Source: Monocercomonoides exilis PA203 (lineage: Eukaryota > Protista > Preaxostyla). Taken from it: a stretch of DNA of 64,000 nucleotides. Both the position numbers and the translations under genes were made by a program. Under the pieces are notes generated by a model. That model did no database searches. It saw only the letters and a program-made list of their open reading frames with translations, and was not told the DNA's origin. The stretch lies in the NCBI GenBank assembly GCA_001643675.2, contig LSRY02000054.1:248001-312000 (forward strand). Direction: 5' to 3'. Shown here piece by piece: positions 59,705-64,000 of this stretch. Numbering within the stretch: position 1 is the stretch's first letter; every line of letters begins with the position of its first letter.

Positions 59705-61520
59705 TCAGTGATCATCAGGATGATAAGGTGAATCTCCAATAAACTCTCTCAATATAGAACAATCAGGAATGTACTTGTGTGGAATTGGATCAAAATTCTG
59801 CAAGAACGACAGCAGCCTCAGCGCCTCATGATACACCGGGGTGGTTGGCCTGATGTTCTTCAAGAGCGGCTCTGCAATCACTTTCAGTGCAGCCAGCTCA
59901 TAATCAAGTGCTGAGTTGAATATGAAGTCTGCATTGCCCTGATGAGGGAAAATGTACTTTTCTTCGCCTGCTCTCACTGAAGGCCACCGCATCAAAGTCT
60001 CTTCGCCTGACAACCCGCGGAACTGAAAATCCCTCACCAGCCTTCGCAACAGTCTATTGTCTGTTGTGGGGATGCGGTTGTGATCGTCCAGATTGAGCTG
60101 TGTCAGAGCAGAAATGAAGATCTTGTACTTTTGCTCTTGGGGGATCATCGCTGTTAGTCTGTCATTTAATCCGTGGATGCCTTCCATCACAATAATTGCA
60201 CTGATGCTCAGCTGCATCTGCTTCCCTTCTTTTCTTGTTCCCGTCTTGAAATCGAACTTTGGCAGTGTTACTATTTCTCCGCGGAGTAATTTCAGCAGAA
60301 ACTCGTTCAAGAACGGCAGGTCCAGCGCCTCAACGGCCTCGAAATCGTAGTCCCCCTTCTCGTCCTTAGGCATCTTGTCTCTGTTGACGTAGAAATCGTC
60401 CAGCGAAATGCATTGAGGCTGCTTCCCAAACACTTGCAGCTGCACACACAGCTTCCGCGCAAACGTCGTTTTTCCCGAAGAAGAAGGCCCTGCTATTAAA
60501 ACAAGATGGACCGACGGGCACGTCACGATTTTCTCAGCCACAGCCACCAGCTGTCTTTCATGCAGTGCTTCGGACACGTGAATGTATGACTGGAGCTCTC
60601 CTTTGGTTGCGCGGCCAATAAGCCTGTTCAAATCCCCAACACAACGCACCCCCAGCACTTTTCCCCTGTATTTCGATTCTTTGAAGGTCTCGAAGATCTT
60701 CGGCATGTCTTTGAATTCTGGCACGCACGTCGGATCGGCAGAGCGCGGATAGCGCAGCAGAAAACCGTGTTCTGTTCCGTACAACTTCAGCTCGAACTGA
60801 CTGAGGATTGAGGTTGATCCAACATGAGGGCCATGCCAAATATCGATAAAGCCGTCGCAAACCACAATTGGCACATACGGACGATTGTGTTGTGCAACAA
60901 GCATCATTGTTTGCTCTTGTCCGATTGCTGTAAAATGATCAACTGCTTCTGTCCATGCAATCCGACGGCGAGTTATTGGAAAGTCAGATTTAACAATTAA
61001 TTCCATTTCTGCTTGTATTTTTTGAATTTCATCTTCTGTTAATGATTCAATGGGATCTTCTTGAAATTCAAAATAAATTCCACTTCCAAGTGAATGACCA
61101 ATAACAAGTCTTCTTTTTGGAAATACTCTATTTACAGCCATAGAAAGCAGAAATTGGAGTGAACGACGATATATTTGCGCTCCGATCGATGTATTCAATA
61201 AAACTGGTGCAATAGTTAGAACATTTGTAAATACTAGTTCGTCCATTCCTGAAAGAAAAAATTTTTATTCGAAATAATCAAAAATACATGAAATTTATCA
61301 AACCCATCAATTCATTATTAACCAATGCACCAACAATTGCAAATTTCGATTCTTTATTCAAATATTTGTCGAGCAAAAGCCTAACGGGGCAAGGTGCTTC
61401 AAAAATCTTTGTTGTTCCATCAAAATAATGAACAGTGAGATTTGAATCTTTAAAATCGTGATACGCTTCTCTGAGCGTTGAACATTTTTCAAGCATTGCA
61501 AAAGATTGTGTATGATACAT
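59705..61520 (-). CDS. udk: Uridine kinase / phosphoribulokinase-family protein with N-terminal ThrRS-like domains
   Basis: Exon 1 61520..61304, phase-1 intron 61303..61249. N-terminus has GALVNNEL..IYRRSLQFLL..HSLGSGIY..G.HV.STS. Kinase part has P-loop LIAGPSSSGKTT, SLDDF, EGIHGLN, DNRLLRRLVRD, FNSALDYEL, SILREFIG. Confidence 0.9.
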
Positions 61521-61644
61521 TTTTATGTTTTGAATAAAAAGGCTATTCGGCTTCAAAATCAATTCTAACTACAACAAAGGGAATTATGATCAAAATTTAT
61601 TTTTTCAAAGAAAGAAACTTTTCAATTATTGTCTTGAAAATAGT

Positions 61645-62799
61645 TCACTTTTTCGTACATTCACACACTTTGAATCCAATCTGAATCATCCTTATAACAT
61701 TCATCACCATCCCCTCTAAATCTCTTTTACTGTCTCTAATCATTTCTTCTTTACTTTCTTGCCCCGCTGAAAAAGATGCAGCTGCGTGAAATGTTTGCAG
61801 AAATTCGTTTGGATCACCATCAATAGCCCCAGCAAGCAGTATAACAGGAACCCCTTTCTCTTTCGCCTCTTTTGCAACAACAGAGCATAACTTTCCATCT
61901 TTTGTCTGAGAATCTGCCTTCCCCTCACAAGTTATCACAAGATCTGCTCCATCCAAATGCTTTTGAAATTGCGTGCATTCCATAACCAATCTTGTCCCAC
62001 TAACAATTTTTCCTCCCAAACATATTCTCAGAGCCGCTCCAAGTCCGCCAGCTGCCCCGTCACCTGGATGCATGACATTATCTGTCAGCCCTGATTTTGC
62101 CCAAATCTCCCCAAGATTTGTCAATCCTGCATCCAAAATCTTTATCATCTCCGGTGTTGCTCCTTTTTGAGGGCCATAGACCGCAGAAGCTCCTTTTTCT
62201 CCAGTTAATGGATTTGTACAATCGCATGCAACCAAAAACGAAACAGTTCCAAGGCGGGGATGTATATGTGATGTATCCATAGACTTTATTTGTTCGAGAA
62301 TTTCTCCTCCACCAAATAATTCTGTGCCTTCTTTATCCAAAAATCGAAAACCAAGCGCCGATAGCATCCCAACTCCACCGTCATTTGTTGCACTGCCACC
62401 GATCCCCATATAAACACTTTTTACTCCTAAATCAAGAGCAGCCTTTATAAGTTCACCAGTTCCAAACGAAGTTGTTTTTAAAGGATTTCTTTCAGAATAA
62501 GGAATCAATGGTAAACCTGATGCGCTTGCCATATCAATAACAGCAATCGTATCGTCATCAATGAGACCAAATTTTGCGTTAACTTTTGCTCCCAATGGTC
62601 CCGTTACAGTTTTTTCAATAAATCTTCCATTTTTGTTTTTAGTTATTATTGAAGATGTTCCTTCTCCTCCATCTGCCATTGGAATTGATATAACATCTAT
62701 TGTTGGATCAATTTTATGGATGCCTGATTTCATAATACTGCATGCTTCATCGGCAGTAATGTTTCCTTTAAGAGAATCTGGAGCAAGAATAATTTTCAT
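61645..62799 (-). CDS. glxK: Glycerate kinase (bacterial GlxK/GarK class)
   Basis: Intronless 384-aa ORF with motifs KIILAPDSLKG, PMADGGEGT, DMASASGL, TSFGTGELI, GIGGSATNDGG, YGPQKGA, GAAGGLG. Confidence 0.95.
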   Translation of the reverse strand: MKIILAPDSLKGNITADEACSIMKSGIHKIDPTIDVISIPMADGGEGTSSIITKNKNGRFIEKTVTGPLGAKVNAKFGLIDDDTIAVIDMASASGLPLIPYSERNPLKTTSFGTGELIKAALDLGVKSVYMGIGGSATNDGGVGMLSALGFRFLDKEGTELFGGGEILEQIKSMDTSHIHPRLGTVSFLVACDCTNPLTGEKGASAVYGPQKGATPEMIKILDAGLTNLGEIWAKSGLTDNVMHPGDGAAGGLGAALRICLGGKIVSGTRLVMECTQFQKHLDGADLVITCEGKADSQTKDGKLCSVVAKEAKEKGVPVILLAGAIDGDPNEFLQTFHAAASFSAGQESKEEMIRDSKRDLEGMVMNVIRMIQIGFKVCECTKK

Positions 62800-62859
62800 A
62801 AATATTAATGGTATTTTTTGATCATAAAATAAAACAGTTTGATAAACTCAAAAGCAAAA

Positions 62860-63998
62860 TTATCTGTTAACAAGACTATCAAAAAACGCTTGTCTTTCTT
62901 TTATTTTAATTTTGATTTCTTCCACTTCAGACTTTAGCCGATCTCTTGTTCTTTCAAGAAATAGCATTTTCCTTTGAGCTTCCCACATCCTTCTGGATGC
63001 AATATCCCTCTGTGCAGATAGCCCTGCAATGCTCTTGTGAAGAACAGGCAGCACTGAAGAGAGAAGGGAAGCCATAGCTTCTGGTGAAATTATTAGTTTA
63101 TTTATTAAAGCTTTATTACTTGGAATGAATTCTTCATCCGCTACCGAATCTTCGATTTGCTCTTGTTCAACCGGGATTGATTTCATCTCGTTGATTGTTC
63201 CATCTTCATTTTCAACTTTTTTCGTCTTGCCAGAAGATGTTGTTAAAGTGATTTCATCATCCATTCTTGCATTATCACTATTTGAATAAATAGCCTGCTT
63301 TTTTTCTTCAAGTTCATCAGCTACAATTTTGGGAATTTCTATTTTCAGTGAATCAATCATTTTGAGAAGACATTTAACTTGATTTTCGCAAAGAGAAGCT
63401 GTTGCCAACTCCTCTTGCACCAAAACTGAAGAAAATTGCTTTTCCTGTTAAATTTTAAAAAAACAAATCGCTTTATAAAAAAGAGTCAAACTTCCTGTAA
63501 TTTTTCTTTTAATTGAGTCTGAAGGATTTTTAATTGGGAAGATATGTCTGATTTTGATGAAATTGGAGGAGTACCTGTAAATGCTTCTGTGGAAAGCGTG
63601 GCAGATTCGATATCTGCACTCTTTTTTTCAAGAATAGCTTTTATAAAATTGAATTTCTTTTCGCTTGATTGGATTCTATTCTTAACAGTTCTCTTTTCTT
63701 TCCATTCCTTCATTTCATTCATGATGGGCATGAACTTGGAAAGTTCTGCATCCCGAACATGTTGAGAATGAAATGATGCTGATTTCAAATCCAGTAGTTT
63801 TTTCCTTAACTTATAAATTAGATTATTTAAATTATCATTGCCTTTTGTGATTTTTTTCGAATCAAAAATTAATAAACGAATTAATAAAAGAATAAAAAGC
63901 AGCTCAAAGAGCACACTTTTTTGTAACTGCAATCGTTCTTTTTTTATTTTATTTGTTTCCAATAATTCTGATATTCTTGTGTTTTCAATAGATAAAAC
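62860..63998 (-). CDS. Coiled-coil hypothetical protein, 5'-truncated by the window edge
   Basis: Intron 63491..63445 joins ORFs 63486..63962 and 62860..63423 in frame. The frame stays open to the window end. Heptad-like E/K/L content. Confidence 0.7.
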
Positions 63999-64000
63999 AT

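Overview
Eukaryotic, AT-rich, intron-containing genomic DNA in the standard genetic code. Its gene style (poly-Ser/poly-Glu microsatellite-rich giant ORFs, GGAI-repeat membrane proteins with kinase-like tails, bacterial-type metabolic enzymes) suggests an oxymonad such as Monocercomonoides; this is an inference. Contents from left to right: (1) a >5,500-aa uninterrupted Ser/Glu-rich ORF running off the left edge; (2) a decayed Merlin (IS1595/IS1016-like) DDE transposase bracketed by two copies of a ~260-bp TIR element; (3) two divergently oriented giant type-I membrane receptor-like genes with modular, highly diverged ectodomains and an apparently identical 880-bp pseudokinase-coding block; (4) between them, a ~1-kb AT-rich foldback with perfect outer arms and a diverged core paired to the tip, two more MITE copies, a disrupted one-module mini-receptor and a frameshifted helical-repeat family gene; (5) a multi-exon DOCK-like GEF; (6) a compact minus-strand cluster of a TMEM230-like gene, a ThrRS-N/uridine kinase fusion, a glycerate kinase and a coiled-coil gene. 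All alignments were made by eye.
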